Source: Octopus bimaculoides
Lineage: Eukaryota
DNA length: 64,000 nt
Assembly (NCBI RefSeq): GCF_001194135.2
Contig: NC_068983.1
Coordinates: 78,303,639-78,367,638 of the forward strand
Reading direction: 5' to 3'
The position numbers were made by a program, and so were the translations under genes. Position 1 is the stretch's first letter. Each line of letters starts with the position of its first letter. This document shows positions 1-14,239 of the stretch, piece by piece. The notes below the pieces were generated by a model. That model worked only from the letters and a program-made list of their open reading frames with translations. It did no database searches and was not told where the DNA came from.

Positions 1-345
1 TTGAGGGCTGGCAAACCAGAAGGCTGCACCAGGCTCCAATCTGATCTGGCAAAGTTTCTACAGCTGGACGTCCTTCCTAATGCCAACCACTCCGAGGGTG
101 TAGTGGGTGCTTTTTATGTGCCACTGACATGAGGGCCAGTCGGGCAGTACTGGCATCAACCACACTCAAATGGTGTTTTTTATGAGCCACCGGCATAGAA
201 GCCAGTCAGGCAGCACTGGCAATGACCACGCTCGAAAGGTGTTTTTTACATGCCACTGGCACAGGAGCCAGTCAGGTGACACTGGCAACGATCATGCTCA
301 AATGGTGCTTTTAATGTGCCACTGGTACGGGTGCCAATCTGGCAG
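1..345 (-). mobile_element. RTE 3' UTR copy (partial)
   Basis: Matches the 3' UTR of 16755-17635, with internal subrepeats. Confidence 0.8.
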
Positions 346-874
346 TTATGTAATATATATATTTCACTTCTGCTGCTACAAGATCATATGATATTTCTGT
401 ATGATACTGAGGTACAATGTCTCAAAGCTAAGGAGAGGGGGATGGTAACAGTTGATTATATTAGCCCTAGGACTTAACAGTACTCTATTTTACTGATCTT
501 AGAAAGATAAATCACAAAACTGACCGTCCAAAATTTAATCCTTTTGCCACCAACCCACCTCAGAAATTAAATGGCTATGAATAAATTTTACATCCCATTG
601 TAATTTTTTCTTTACTGTTTAGTCAGGGAGGAAAGGCCAGTAACTTGTGTTCCTTTATTTTTCAGAACCCTCAAAACCAGTCAGGGGAAGAGAGAAAGAC
701 CAATAGCCAATTCCAAATCTTTTAACAGGATAAGGTCTGCTAAGTGACCCAAGGACCAGGTGATGGTGTTAAACCAAACAGCAAATTAAGACTACAGCTC
801 AAGAATTCTAAACACAAATATTAAAATGAATACAAGTCATCTTATCTGAAACTATGACAATTCCACTATAAGCA

Positions 875-1043
875 TAGGCATGGTTATGTGGTTAAGAAGC
901 TCACTTTGCAGCCACATGCTTTTGGGTTCAATCTTACTGTGAGCTTACCAAAGCCTTGCGAATGAATCTGGTAAATGGAAACTGTGTGGTAACCTCTCCC
1001 TGTTATTTATGTGTGCTTGTGTGTCTTTGTGTGCGTGTGTGTG

Positions 1044-1082
<39 letters not shown>

Positions 1083-1310
1083 GTGTGTGTGTGTGTGCTT
1101 GTGTATGCATGTTTTTGTGTCTGTGTTTGTCCTCCCACCCAACTTGACAAACAGGGTTGGTTTCTATACATTCCCATAACTTAGCACTTTGCTAAAAGAG
1201 ATTGATAGAATAACTACAAAGATCAATCTGTTCAACAAAAAACCCTTCAAAACTGAGCCTCAGCATGGCTGCAATCCAATGACTGAAGCAAGTAAAAAAG
1301 GTAAAAGAAG
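875..1310 (+). mobile_element. tRNA-SINE copy
   Basis: Homologous to 49831-50234, expanded (TG)n. Confidence 0.65.
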
Positions 1311-1849
1311 GTAATCCACTTCCATGGTCTGGTATATATATGTTATTGATCCACAAAAGGATGAATGGTAAAGCTGACCTTAGTGAAATTTGAACTCAGG
1401 GTGCAGAAAGCTGGAACAAATACTACAAGGCATTTTGTTCTAGGCTTTAATGACTCTGCCAATTTGCCACATATGCTCTACTGATTTCCTCGATACACCA
1501 TCCTCCCTTTACCATATGATATTTCTTTACAAAACTGTAATTTTAGGTGGTATTTTATTAATAATTCAGTATTATCAAGCAGCAACAGATCAGATGGAAT
1601 AGGAAGAAGCAAGGAAAAAAAATAAACCAAATACAGTGTTATTAGTATTTGTGAAAGCCATATGAAGCGTGACTACAGAATACAAAATGTGAATTATGAA
1701 AATTATTAGTAAAAGAAATAAAAAAAAAAAGAGAAAGAAAATGGAAGAGAATAATGCGAATACTAACAGTGAATGAAAAACAACACATGGCTGTGAGTAT
1801 ATATACATGAAAACATATGTGTGTAATGTAAGATCCTGTTTCTGTACAT

Positions 1850-1999
1850 ATACGCACACGCACACACACACACACATACACACACACATACATACGTACA
1901 TACATACATACATACATACATACATACATACATACATACATACATACATACATGCATACATACATACATGTTTATATATTTTACTGTATATTTGTATGC

Positions 2000-2035
<36 letters not shown>

Positions 2036-2130
2036 TGTGTGTGTGCATGTGTGTGTGTGTGCGTGTGTGTGTGTGTGCATGTGTGTGTGTGTGTGTGTGT
2101 GTGCGCGTGTGCATGTGTGTGAGAGTGAGT
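1850..2130. repeat. Compound (CA)n/(CATA)n/(TG)n microsatellite
   Basis: Direct reading. Confidence 0.95.
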
Positions 2131-2859
2131 TGCTTTTATAATTCTTTGAATTACTCCTGTAAATAAATTGGTTCCAATCTAAAAGACAAAGCTCCACCAT
2201 TGGAATTTAGATTTAAATCAACAATAAAGTACTATATATTTTTCAGAAATGTCTTTTTCATTTATTCTGTTCCAGTTGCAAAATGAATTTTCAGAAAACA
2301 AATTTGATGCTCTCTTTCTTTGCTGAAAATGCAGGCTTTCCCAGACTATTACTTACACGTTTAGTTACATGATTAACCAATTAATCCAGTGTGGCAAGAT
2401 TACACTGTGTGACAAAATTTTTATTTATTTTTATTGTCTTTGGTCAGTAAGTGTTGTTTCTTATTTGCTTCTGTCTAAAAATCAAAGGAAATGACTACTA
2501 TTCCCTTTGAGCTTTGCTTTTGGGACTTGGGCATTAGTGTTTTGAAACTAACCTATTTTCCATTACATTTCAAACAGATTCAGTGCTGAGTTGCTGAAGC
2601 GGAAATATCATTATAGCAAATATTCTGCTCAATACCACAGATTTGCTTATCAGTTGCTTGACCACTTGAGTATGTATCTTAGTAGTTGACCAATATGTGC
2701 ATCTCTGACCATATGCAGTAGTAGTGGAGGAGCATCATAGCCATATTTCAAGAGGAATTATTAATATTAACCATTTTCATATCTTCTAGGGTATGAAAGC
2801 AAATCGTAAATAGCACTAGCTACCCAAGGACAAAAGTCATCTAACAGCATTATTGATAC

Positions 2860-2863
<4 letters not shown>

Positions 2864-2891
<28 letters not shown>

Positions 2892-3040
2892 GTTTAACGT
2901 CCGCCTTCCATGCTAGCATGGGTTGGACGATTTGACTAAGAACTAGTGAACCAGATGGCTACACCAGGCTCCAATCTGATTTGGTAGAGTTTCTACAGCT
3001 GGATGCCCTTCCTAACGCCAACCACTCCAAGAGTGTAGTT
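2864..3040 (-). mobile_element. Short RTE 3' end
   Basis: (CAT)n followed by cgtttaacgtccgc...ctacagctggatgcccttcc. Confidence 0.8.
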
Positions 3041-3290
3041 ATATATGTAGAGAGTGTAGTTATAAATGTAAATTTATAATCAAATTCTGAGAAGCTATAG
3101 ATTCCAAAAGATGTGACCTTAAATTTCCTCTTTTTCACTAATTATTTGCAAAATATTGACACCTCCTTGACAGCTGAACTCCACAATGAAATTGTTTTCT
3201 GTCCTTAACAATTATATCAACAAATTACGTTAGCTTCTTAAAGCTGTTTTGACAAGAATGTCCCACAATTTTCTTGTACTGAAATTTATC

Positions 3291-4152
3291 TATGCGGTGG
3301 TATCAAAATGTTCTTGGACTAGTTCTGTAGCATGCCAACAGATGGCAGCACATAATTGTGTGTGCAGTGAGAGTTAGCAGGGACCTTAATGAGGCTGTGT
3401 ACTGAGTGACATTGCTGTATTTTCTTCACAAGTTGGGAAATTTGTGTTTTTGTGATCATGTGTATGCTGTCGTCTGCAATTTTGTAATGGACAGGAAATT
3501 GGAAGAAGGAACCACCATGAAATTTTGCATTAAACTTGGGAAGTCTGCTACAGAGACAGGTAGCATCCTTCAGCAAGCTTATGGTTATGAGGCAATGGGT
3601 CATACACAATGTTTTGAGTGGCACAGAAACTTCTAAAGCAGAACATCCATAGAAGGCAATGAGCAACCTGAAAGACCTGCTGTGAGCGTCATCCCCAGAA
3701 ATGTGGTATTGTGCACCGAGAATTTGTCCCCAAGGCCCAGACTGTCGATTGAGAGTTCTATTGCAACGTTTTGAAGCATTTGAGGAAGTATGCTTGGTGA
3801 AAGCAACCTGATCTATGGAGCTTGAAGAATTGAATTGTTGACAATTACAATGCACTCTGTCACTAAACTCTCCACATTCATGAGTCTCTCAACAAGAAAC
3901 AACATAGTCCACTTCCATACCTGGCTTATTTGTCAGATTTAGCACCTGCAGACTTCTATCTCTTCCCCAAGATGAAAAGGCAGCTCAAGGGTCACCACTT
4001 TAACACCATTGTTGAGATCTAGAGCAAATCACAGAAGGTCCTTGACTTGCTTTGGAACCCTTGTATTGCTGAGCAAAGTGACTATTTTGAAGGAGATGAT
4101 GTTAAATCAAAAATGAGTTATTTGTTATTAAACCTCTTGATACCACCTCATA
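3291..4152 (+). mobile_element. Mariner transposon, internally deleted and decayed
   Basis: TIRs tatgcggtggtatcaa / ttgataccacctcata; N-terminus MKFCIKLGKSATET...CFEWHRNF; C-terminal LAPADFYLFPKMK. Confidence 0.85.
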
Positions 4153-4382
4153 CATACTCACATCAGAAATAGTTGGTTTTGACATTTGTCCCAGTGCCAT
4201 CCATTTTACGAATAGTATGGTATATTATTTTGGCAATAATAACGTGCAGCATAGGAAGATAGCTCATTAATATTTCTGGACAGCTGTTGATCATATGTGC
4301 AGTTTTTCTCATAGACATATGAGATAACTGATATTTTTCTGTCATGTCTCAATATTCTACAGTCTCTGTTGTTTTTCATTTT

Positions 4383-4423
4383 TCATCTTTTCTCAACAGG
4401 TAATTCGTAGCTATCTCCTGCTT
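4383..4423 (-). CDS. Possible terminal coding exon (AGDSYELPVEKR*)
   Basis: Acceptor catttctttaaaatctag, phase 1 start compatible with the 8.2 kb exon, TGA at 4385-4383. Confidence 0.3.
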
Positions 4424-5254
4424 CTAGATTTTAAAGAAATGACACTCAAAACATGATACAATGTAACAGTCATGAGTTTTGACAATACTTCTAGTCAATA
4501 TTAGTCTCACTATTTTGTCAATGTCTAATTTGCTTTTCATCCTTTCAGGGTCAATAGAATAGGTTGACTAGAGTCAATGTAATTGACTAACCCCTCCCCC
4601 AAACTTGCTGGGCTTGTCCCATGATTTGAAACCAATATTAATATCCCTATTAAGTCTGTGTGAAATATGCACAGACTTTTACTGGTACCAAGGATGTTCC
4701 TCCAACTGTTTCTCTAGCTGTTCCTCCAGCTGTTTCTCTAGCTGTTCCTCCAGCATTGCCTCCAGCTGTTCTGGGGTCACACAGAATATCACATGGAAGT
4801 CAATTAATTAAAAAAAAATGATCTCATTATTAGACACTTGATTGTTGTTGGTGTTTAGCTGGTGCTGTTTGAGGAAAACAATACAGTTTTCAAAGGATTT
4901 CTGTGTGGGCCATAAGCTCTTCCTTTTGTCTTTCTTCATAAGTAGCATCATCATCATCATCATCATTTTATGTCTTCCATCTATGCTGGCATGGTTGGAT
5001 GGTTTGGCAGGAGCTGGCAAGTCAGAAGCTTGTGCCAAGCTTTATTGACTGCTTTGGTATGGTTTCTATGGCCGAATACCCTTCTTAACACCAACCATTT
5101 TCTTTAGTGTAGTGGAGGTGCTTTTTTATGTGGCACCAGCAGCAGTGAGGTCAGCAAATAACCTACAAGACAAAACCCCCTCAAAATGAGGTAGGAGAAG
5201 CATGGAGAGAGTTGGCCTTGTGCCAGGTGATGAGAGATTAGAGTACGACCTCAT

Positions 5255-5297
<43 letters not shown>

Positions 5298-5654
5298 GGA
5301 GAGAGAGGAGAGAGGAGAGAGAGGAGAGAGAGAAGAGGGTGAAGAGAAAGAAAGATAAGAGGGAGGAGAGAGGAGATGAAGATGTGACTCAGGGTACACT
5401 CATGTAAGTGTGGAGGAGCCAAGGATTGGACAGGGGAAGTGGTTGGATGAATTCACAAGATTGCAAAAAGAGAGTAGGAGATGGAGAGGAGGGACTCTGT
5501 GAAAGATTCCACCTAAAGTTAGAACCTTGCTGGTTTTACTATCTATAGTCCAGGTTGTGTGTTTCAAATGATGTTATAACCACTGGTATAGAAAATTGTG
5601 GATATAGCATTAATTCAGATTACTCTCTTAAATGTTGTGCTTATTTTATTCTTT

Positions 5655-6030
5655 TATTCTTTTATTTGTTTCAGTCATTTGACTGCGGCCATGCTGGAGC
5701 ACCACCTTTAGTTGAACAAATAAGCCCCAGCCCCAGGACATATTCTTTGCAAGCCTAGTACTTATTCTATCAGTCTCTTTTACCAAATTGCTAAGTTATG
5801 GGGAAGTAAGTACACCAACATCAGTTGTCAAGCGATAGTAGGTACAACAGACACACACATATATATACGACAGGCTTCATTCAGCTTCCCTCTACCAAAT
5901 CCACTCACAAAGCTTTGGTTGGCCTGAGGCTATAGTAGAAGACACTTGCTCAAGGTGCCATGCAGTGGGACTGAATCTGGAACCATGTGGTTGGTAAGCA
6001 TGCTACATACCACACAGCTACTCCATGTAG
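5655..6030 (-). mobile_element. tRNA-SINE copy
   Basis: Reverse complement of the 49831 family. Confidence 0.75.
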
Positions 6031-6864
6031 TTTTGAATTAACCATGTATAATCTCATAGCTTTGAAATTTGGGGGATGTGGTTGTATATTTATAGAATGA
6101 TATTGTAGGGTAGGTGCAAGAGGCCAGATCTGGTAGAATAGAATAGAAAACTGGTAGAATATTTGGGCCAGATATGACCAATTTAAATGCTAAAGTAAGA
6201 CTGGAGGAACCAAGGATCGGATAGGGTGAGTTGTTAGATGAGCTCATGAGATTGTAAAAGGAGATTAGAAGATGGAGAAGAGGGACTTTGTGAAAGATTC
6301 CACCTAAAGTTAGGACCTTGGTGTAGAATACTTTGGTTCTTCTATTTTGCTAATATTTTTGTATGACATATTTTCATCAATGTCAAAGTAACTGTTGCAC
6401 TCATCGTCTGAAACACTGAGGATAGTGGCACAATTGATGTTACTGTCTCTTTTTGTTTTTTGGTTTCTTTTTTGTGAAGTGGCTTTCACACATTCAACAG
6501 AAACATTTCACTCATTCAATATGAAGATTTACGTAGACAATATTCCACCAATGTTGCAGTTCATAATACTGTTACACAGTTATTTAATCCAGCTGTTTCT
6601 CAGCACTGTAGTTAATTCCTGTGAAGATCTTCAGATTGTCAGCAGAGAATATATGGATTTCATGATGTTGAAGTAAACAACAAACTTATTGATGTCTTGT
6701 AACTTGTTTTCTTTTTCCTTATTTGTTACAAGAATTCTGTTATGGCAAGCCATCTTGGTTTGTCAATTTGTATGTATGTATGCTATATATGTATGTGTCT
6801 GCATGTATGTATGTATATGCTGGAATGAATGTATGTCTTGTATCTATTTGTGTGTGAGTGCATG

Positions 6865-8132
6865 TACGAGGTTGTATTAGAAAGTTCCTGAACTAGTTCT
6901 GTAGCATGCCAACAGATGGCAGCACATGGTTGTGTGTGCAGTGAGAGCTAACAGTAACCTTCGTGAGGTAGTGTGTCAAGTTACATTGCTGTGTTTACTT
7001 TGCAAGTTGTGAAATTTTTGTCCTTGTGATATGCTGTAGTCTGCAATTTTGTCATGGACAGGAAGTTGAAACAAAGAGCCAATATGAAACTCTGCATTAA
7101 ACTTGAGAAGCCTGCTACAGAGACGGTGAGCATAATTCAGCAAGCTCATGGCAATGAGGCAATGAGTCGTATGTAATGCCTCAAGTGGCACAGGAGTTTC
7201 AACAGTGGAAGAGCATTACTGGAAGACGATTTGGAAGACCTCTCACAAGCATCACCCCTGGAAATATGAAGAAAATTCATCAGCTTGTACATGAAGGTCA
7301 AGCACAATCAGTGACATTGCTAATATTGTTAGTCTGTTGTATGGGTCTGTGCAAACAATCCTAATGTCTTAATTGATCATGCAGTTTGTCTCCTGCCAAG
7401 TTCGTCTCCTTCTACTGACCACTGAGCAGAAAGAACATTGCATCAAAGTTAGTCAAGATCTTGATCAGTGGCATGCTGATGACCCATCCTACATGACGTG
7501 GATCATCACCAGTGATGAGAATTGAGTTTACAGCTATGACACTGAGATGAAGCAGCAGTTGTCACAATGGAAGAGGCCTTCATCTCCACAATCGAAGAAG
7601 GCACAACAGAGATGCATCTCAGTCAAGAGCTTGCTGATCGTTTTTCCAACATACGTAACGCTGTGCATCAAGTATTCATCTCCCAGGGCCATACCATCAA
7701 TCAAGAGTTCTATTGCAACATTTTAAAGTGTTTGAGAGAGGACATTCGGCAAAAGTGACTCGACCAGTGGAGTGCGAAGAATTGGATTCTTCATGATGAC
7801 AATGCACCTGTCACCAAGTTCTCTTCACTCATGTGCTTCTTGCTAAAGACAACATGGTATTGCTTCTGCACTTGCCCTATTCACCTGCTTGCAGACTTCC
7901 ATCTCTTCCCCAAGATGAAAATGCAGCTCAAAGGTCACGGGGTCACTGTTTTGACACTGCTATCAAGATCCAGAGTGAAAAACGACTTCCAGGTTGGATT
8001 CCAAAAGTAGTGGAAATGCTAGAACCCTTGAATTGTTGCACAAGGTGACTATTTCAAAGATGATGTTAACACTTAGACAAATAAGCTATTTTTTATTAAA
8101 CATAACTAGTCCGAGTACTTTTTAATACCATA
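6865..8132 (+). mobile_element. Near full-length decayed mariner (same family as 3291-4152)
   Basis: Degenerate TIRs, shared 5' leader; WIITSDEN*VYSYD, HDDNAP and LFPKMKMQLKG motifs; many stops. Confidence 0.85.
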
Positions 8133-8218
8133 CATGCATTTGAGTATGGGAATATATGTATGTATGTGTATATTTATTATTGTCAAGCAATATGACAAAT
8201 AATTAGTCAAGAAGTTAC

Positions 8219-8326
8219 CATCAGTTTCATGCTGCAGGACAGAAGCAGATTGCTTCTTTAGAGCTGGACATACATAAACTCTTGGTTCACACTCAGTAGA
8301 AAGAAAAGAAGAGTTATTTCCCTTGG
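8219..8326 (-). CDS. Putative 108-nt exon (KGNNSSFLSTECEPRVYVCPALKKQSASVLQHETD), phase 1 to 1
   Basis: Branch-like ctaat, acceptor tttttttatacacctag, donor ATG|GTAACT, open frame, length a multiple of 3. Confidence 0.5.
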
Positions 8327-9003
8327 CTAGGTGTATAAAAAAAATTTGAAAATTAGCAGTGTAAATGAAAATTCATAGATTTTAGAGATGTTTTATACCT
8401 ACTGGTTACTACAACTACTGTTGCTGCTGCTGGTGTTGCTGCTGTTGTTAATGATGATGATGATTTAACATATTCCAAGGGCTGAAGTGTTCAACAGGAG
8501 CTGGCAAATAAGAAGATTGTGCCAGTTTGTACTGTCTGCTTAGGCATGGTTTTTATGACTGGATGCCCTTCTTAGTGCCAACCACTTTACAGAATTTTTA
8601 CTGGGTGCTTTTTACACAACACAGTAGCAGTGAGGTTGCCCAGTAACTTGCAAGACAAGACCCCTCAACAGAGGGAGGAGTAGCATTAAGAGAGGTAGCT
8701 TTGTACCAGATGAGGAGAAGTTAGAGAATGAACAGAGGGACAGAAATAGGTGTCTTACAGTAGAAGATACATGGCTACCTCAGCTTCAGAGAGAGAGAGA
8801 GAGGGAGAGAGATGAGAGCGGGAGGGAGAGAGAGAAGAGAGAGGGGAGAGATGGTGAAGATGTGATGGTGGAGTTACCCTCAAGTTACAGGGTGATGTAT
8901 AAAAGTGAAAATAAGAATTGGCTAGGGTTTGTGGGTGAGTAAATTTGCAAGATTGTGAAAGGAGAATGAGAGATGGAGGAGAGTTAATGTATTGTGTGGG
9001 CAC

Positions 9004-9045
<42 letters not shown>

Positions 9046-9639
9046 TATTATAATAATGATAATATATATATATATATATAATATAGGGTAAGATTAATTA
9101 ATTAATTGATCAATAATTAATAATTCTACCAAGTAGTCAGTATGTTAAAATAACCTTTGCAGGTGAATTATACAAAATATTCTATAATCATATGCATAAT
9201 TATAATCAGTGGTCAGCTAATTTCTTCACCACATACCGAAATTAGAAATAGATGCTAATGTCATTTCAACTACCAAAAGTATCTCTGAGACAATAACACA
9301 CTTTTTTATGTAGGCAAAAAGGAAAATGATGAATCCACACAACTTCGATTAATCACAGATGTGTTTTGAGATTAAAGTAAATTATATTTACCTATTTCTC
9401 TCCTCAGTGTGACCTCTTCAAAATTTCAAGTTATAAATTTGCGAGTGTCAGGAGAGGAATAAGTAGGGTAAAGGTGGATATGGGCTGATTAGCATATGGG
9501 TGTGAATCAGCAGTGAAAAAAGAAACATGGCAGAATATTTGGTAAACAGCAAGCAAGACCTGCTATAATATACTGCTAATGCTGAAGAATTTACCAAAGA
9601 TGGACTTGAGAGTGCTCATGAATTCTGATCATGAACAGC

Positions 9640-10526
9640 CAACGAGAAAGAAGAAACCCTAATCCACATGGAATTACATGGTCAGTTCTACTGTGGAACT
9701 AACAACTTAAAAGACCAAGAAGCATCATGGAAGTGGCTCAACAAAGGTGGCCTAAAAAGAAATACTGAAAGTTTAATCATTGTTGCCCAGGATCAGGCAT
9801 TGAATACCAACTCAATGAAAAGGGATATATACCACACAAATGCAATGAACCTCTGCAGAATGTGTGGGAAGAGGGTCGATAGTGTGACTCACATTGTTAG
9901 TGCATGTGAAAGTCTTGTGCAGAAAAAGTACAAGGGCAGAGATGACAAGGTAGCCCAAAACCTTCACTGGTTACTATGCTGGAAGTATGGATATGATGTA
10001 ATGGATGCTAAGTACCAACATACAATGGAAAAGGTAATCAACGAAAAGAGGAAGGCAAAAATCTTCTGGGATTTTGACTTCCAAACAGATGAGGTGTTAG
10101 AATACTGTCGGCCAGATATAGTCACCTTTAGGAGGGACAAGAAAAGAGTACCAAATAATTGAAGTAGCAGTGTCAAGGGATCAACATATTATCATGAAAG
10201 AAAAAGAAAAGATTGATGAATATGGAAACCAGAAAATTGAGATCGCTAGGATATGGCAGCTACAAGAGTCAAACAAAGGTTGTCCCTATTGTCATCCAAG
10301 CATTGGGTTCAATACCACCCAACCTGAAAAAAAAAACATCTGGAAACTTTAGAAATACCCTGCGATCTAGGTGCATTGCAAAAATCCGTATTACTTGGAA
10401 CTGCATGCATATTGTGTAAAGTACTGTCTATCAGTGGTCCTTGTGAATTGACAGACAGTACAAACCCCCAGTAGACACAATATCTTCAATCAACAACATC
10501 ACAATATTGGATGCTGTGTGATGTCT

Positions 10527-10568
<42 letters not shown>
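9640..10568 (+). mobile_element. R4/Dong-like LINE 3' fragment (REL endonuclease)
   Basis: LHGQF, AQDQAL, CRMC...HIVSAC, RPDIV, LLGTA motifs; (TAA)n at 10529-10568. Confidence 0.85.
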
Positions 10569-11139
10569 GCTCTTTCTAATTTGGCAAAAGGCCAGTAATA
10601 TTAAGGGGTGGGCCTAGTGATTTCTTCTACTACTCATCATGCAATATTAATGAAGTCATTGGGGGAAATTGTTGGTATATTGGCTGGAGAATCTAAATTT
10701 TTGTTTATAGTTTCATTCTTGTGTTTGCTATTGTTTTTGTAAATGTTATTGTTATTATGCTTTTTTTTTCCTTTGCCTTGTTGTTGCTGTTTTGGTTGAC
10801 ACTGGTTGTGACAATGGTGGTATTGCTGCTGATTTCAGACAATGGTGGGAAAAAGCTTTATCGAAAATTTTGTTTTCACACTTCAATAAATGTCATAAAA
10901 TTTTATTCTCTGTTTTCTTCATTTTTCATACGAGGTAAATTTTGAAAACGAAATACGATTTCAGACACTGCAGTTCTGAAATTGAACGAAGCTAGCCTCA
11001 TGAAGGTTTGTAAGTTTGCTTATAAAACATATGGTAGAACAAAAATATGTGTGACCCCTTCAAAATAACCAAAATTAAACAAATACCTGCAGAAATGTTG
11101 ACCATGTGTCTTTTCTTTTTATGTACAAAAAAAAAAAAA

Positions 11140-11340
11140 GAAGAAGAAGAAGAAGAAGAAGAAGAAGAAGAAGAAGANNNNNNNNNNNNNNNNNNNNNNN
11201 NNNNNNNNNNNNNNNNNNNNNNNNNNNNNNNNNNNNNNNNNNAAGAAGAAGAAGAAGAAGAAGAAGAAGAAGAAGAAGAAGAAGAAGAAGAAGAAGAAGA
11301 AGAAGAAGAAGAAGAAGAAGAAGAAGAAGAAGAAGAAGAA
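11140..11340. repeat. (GAA)n microsatellite spanning an N gap (11178-11242)
   Basis: Direct reading. Confidence 0.95.
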
Positions 11341-11344
11341 ATTT

Positions 11345-11704
11345 TCTGCTCACTACCAGATCTTGATATGGAAGATTGGCTACAGCAAATATCCTGCATG
11401 TGTTGAGAGGAATTCTTTGGGGTTTGCATAATTCACCTTTGGAAACATGGGTGTTTTGTTCAACATCCTTAAACAAGGTACTTTTTGAGTGGGATGAGCT
11501 ACTTGACATAAAGAAAATTCTAACTGGGTTCCACCTGCAAGGTCATGCACTGTTAATCTTGATATGAGATCACGATGTCATGCACAGATGGCTGTGATGC
11601 ATGTACCTAATAGTCATGATGGGTATACTGGGCTTCGTATATTTTACCCCAGTGTCCTTTTGATGGCATGCATTGCTCTTTCACTCAATAATAATAATAG
11701 TAAA

Positions 11705-11759
<55 letters not shown>

Positions 11760-11788
11760 GTAATAACAACAATAATAATAATAATAAC

Positions 11789-11820
<32 letters not shown>

Positions 11821-12250
11821 TAATAATAATAAAATGCCTGGATGCAGTACCAGGCAGTGGTTCTCATGGCTTCTGATCTTAATTGATTGGAAGTGTTATC
11901 ATGTACATTGTTTTGTCTTGGTATAAAAGATGGGCTACAGCAAATATCCTGCTTAATACCACAGATTTGCTTGTCAGTTGTTTGACCTTAACCAGTTGAG
12001 CNNNNNNNNNNNNNNNNNNNNNNNNNNNNNNNNNNNNNNNNNNNNNNNNNNNNNNNNNNNNCTGCGAAGTCATGCGCTGTTTATCTTGGTATGAGATCAC
12101 TATTTCACGCACATATGGTTGTGATGCATGTGCCTGGTGTACCCTTGTCAGACGGGTAGTCATGATGGGTATAATGGACTTCGTATATTTTACCCCAGTG
12201 TCACTTTGATGGCATGCACTGCTCTCTCATTCAATAATAATAATAATAAC
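11345..12250 (+). repeat. Two related LINE-3'-UTR-like repeats with (AAT)n tails
   Basis: gtcatgatgggtata...cttcgtatattttaccccagtgtc...ttgatggcatgc at about 11610-11690 and 12160-12230; a related piece at about 2610-2760. Confidence 0.6.
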
Positions 12251-12261
12251 AACAACGACCA

Positions 12262-13410
12262 ACGTTAATCTTGACCAGCAGAATGTCATAAAGGAGTTAG
12301 AACCAGTGGAGAGTTACAAATACCTAGGGGTATTTGAAGGGGATGGAATCAAACATTCAGTGATGAGAGAAAGGATCAGAAGAGAATGTTTTTGCAGGGT
12401 AAGGGCAATACTCAAGACAAAGCTGAATGCAAGAAACAGGATCAATGCGATCAATACTTTAGCCATACCAGTTGTGACTTACAGTTTCAATATCATTAAC
12501 TGGTCAATTACTGAAATATGTAATCTTGACAGAAAAATATGAAAACTGTTGACAATGCATAGAATGCACCACCCTAAGGCAGATATAGAACAACTTTACT
12601 TACCAAGAGAAGAGGGTGGCCATGGACTTTTACAGCCAGAATTAACAATGAAGATTGCCACAATTGGCTTAGATACCTACCTGAAAAACTCTGATAGCTG
12701 GATGTTAAAACTCGTCTCAAAGCATGATAACAAGAAAGCATCATACTCAGTAACAAAACAGGCAAAGGAATATTTAAGTGAATTTCAAATACAACAAATT
12801 CCAGAATTAGACATACTGGAAACAAGCACAGAAAAAGCTAAGCGTATGAAAACCTATGCTAAAGCTGCTGCCTTGGATATTCATACAGATAAATGGCAAG
12901 TAAAAGCTCTCAATAGCAAATACCCAAAGAGAGCTAATAGTGCCTATGTTAACAAAGCCCTTACTCATCAACGGTTAGGGTCTTCTGGCTTAAAATCAGA
13001 AACAGAAGGGTTTATCATAGCAGCCCAAGATCAATGCCTACCTACAAGAAATTACCAGGCCAACATATTAAAGAATGACAGTAGCCCAACCTGTCATGTA
13101 TGTCAACAACAAAATGAAACCATTGATCATATCTCCATGTGCAGTCTTCCTGTATCTCAACAGGTATGATAGAGCAGCACACTATATTCACTGAGTAATT
13201 TGCAAAAACCTGGATCTACCCCATGATAAAAACTGGTGGGAACACAAACCACCTCCAGTGTTTAAAAATGATCACATCTCTCCTCTGGAACTTCACCATT
13301 CAAACTAACAGAAAGATAGATGCAAATGGGCCAGACATTATATTGAAAGATTTCAGACAAAAATCATGCCTCCTCATTAATATGACTGTACCAACCAACA
13401 GTTATATTTA
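12262..13410 (+). mobile_element. R4/Dong-like LINE fragment (RT thumb to REL endonuclease)
   Basis: YKYLG, LYLPREEGGHGL, AAQDQCL, CHVC, PDII; preceded by (AAT)n. Confidence 0.85.
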
Positions 13411-13526
13411 AAGTAATTGAAAGAAACACAGAGCATTTCAAACTAAGTACAGTAATGAAAGAGTTATATAGATTAGCAAAAAATTTCCTTCGTGTATCAA
13501 TTAAAGTTGGGACTGGTAAAAGGCTT

Positions 13527-13655
13527 AGTAGTAGTAGTAGTCGTAGTAGCAGCAACAGCAGCGGCAGCAGCGACAGCAGCAGCAGCGACAGCAGCAGCAG
13601 CGGCAGCAGCAGCAGCAGTAGTACTAGTAGTAGTAGTAGTAGTAGTAGTAGTGTA
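13527..13655. repeat. (AGT)n/(AGC)n microsatellite
   Basis: Direct reading. Confidence 0.9.
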
Positions 13656-14239
13656 GTAGTACACCTGTCAACGTAGAAGATTTCAATTTATTATCCCTTA
13701 ATTACAATCAGAAATTGCAATCACTTATATAGATTTTGAGTCAATTACGATATTAAAACGTTCATCAGAGAAGCACTACATACAAGTAGCTCAGAGGTGA
13801 TATTTCAAATGTCCGGTTAAAGGACCTAACTCTGTCCATGAAGGAATGAAAGTATAGGTTTTTAACCATCACAATTTCAATATCATATTGTTATTCCCTG
13901 CTACATTTAAAGATAAAAGGACTCAGATAAATTTATTTGCTTGAAGTTGGTGCCATGCTATATACAACTAAAACAGGTGTGTGACAAGCCATTTGGGATC
14001 TTATAACAGATATGTGATGTTTTGTGTACCAGGGTATGCATTATTTATTAATATGTTTATCTGTATACCACATTTTGAAGATGAGGAAATGCAAATGAAT
14101 CACATAAAATAGGTGTGACTTTTGAAACAGGAATGGCAGTTGGGAGATGAACAAACCTTGAAAGTTCATATATTTCTGTAATAATAATAAAGGACTGAAA
14201 TCTAATTACTAGTGTAAAGCGTGCTGTAGATAGAATTAT

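Noticed and set aside
945-2200. Long ORFs rich in HT/CV/YI repeats (also 11.0-11.9, 14.0-14.6, 33.7-34.2, 46.4-46.9 and 56.2-57.7 kb)
   Set aside because: Translations of microsatellites or N gaps; no coding signal.
13740-13775. Minus-strand CTGATGA with an ACG/CGT hairpin
   Set aside because: Not followed by GAAA; no helix I or III.
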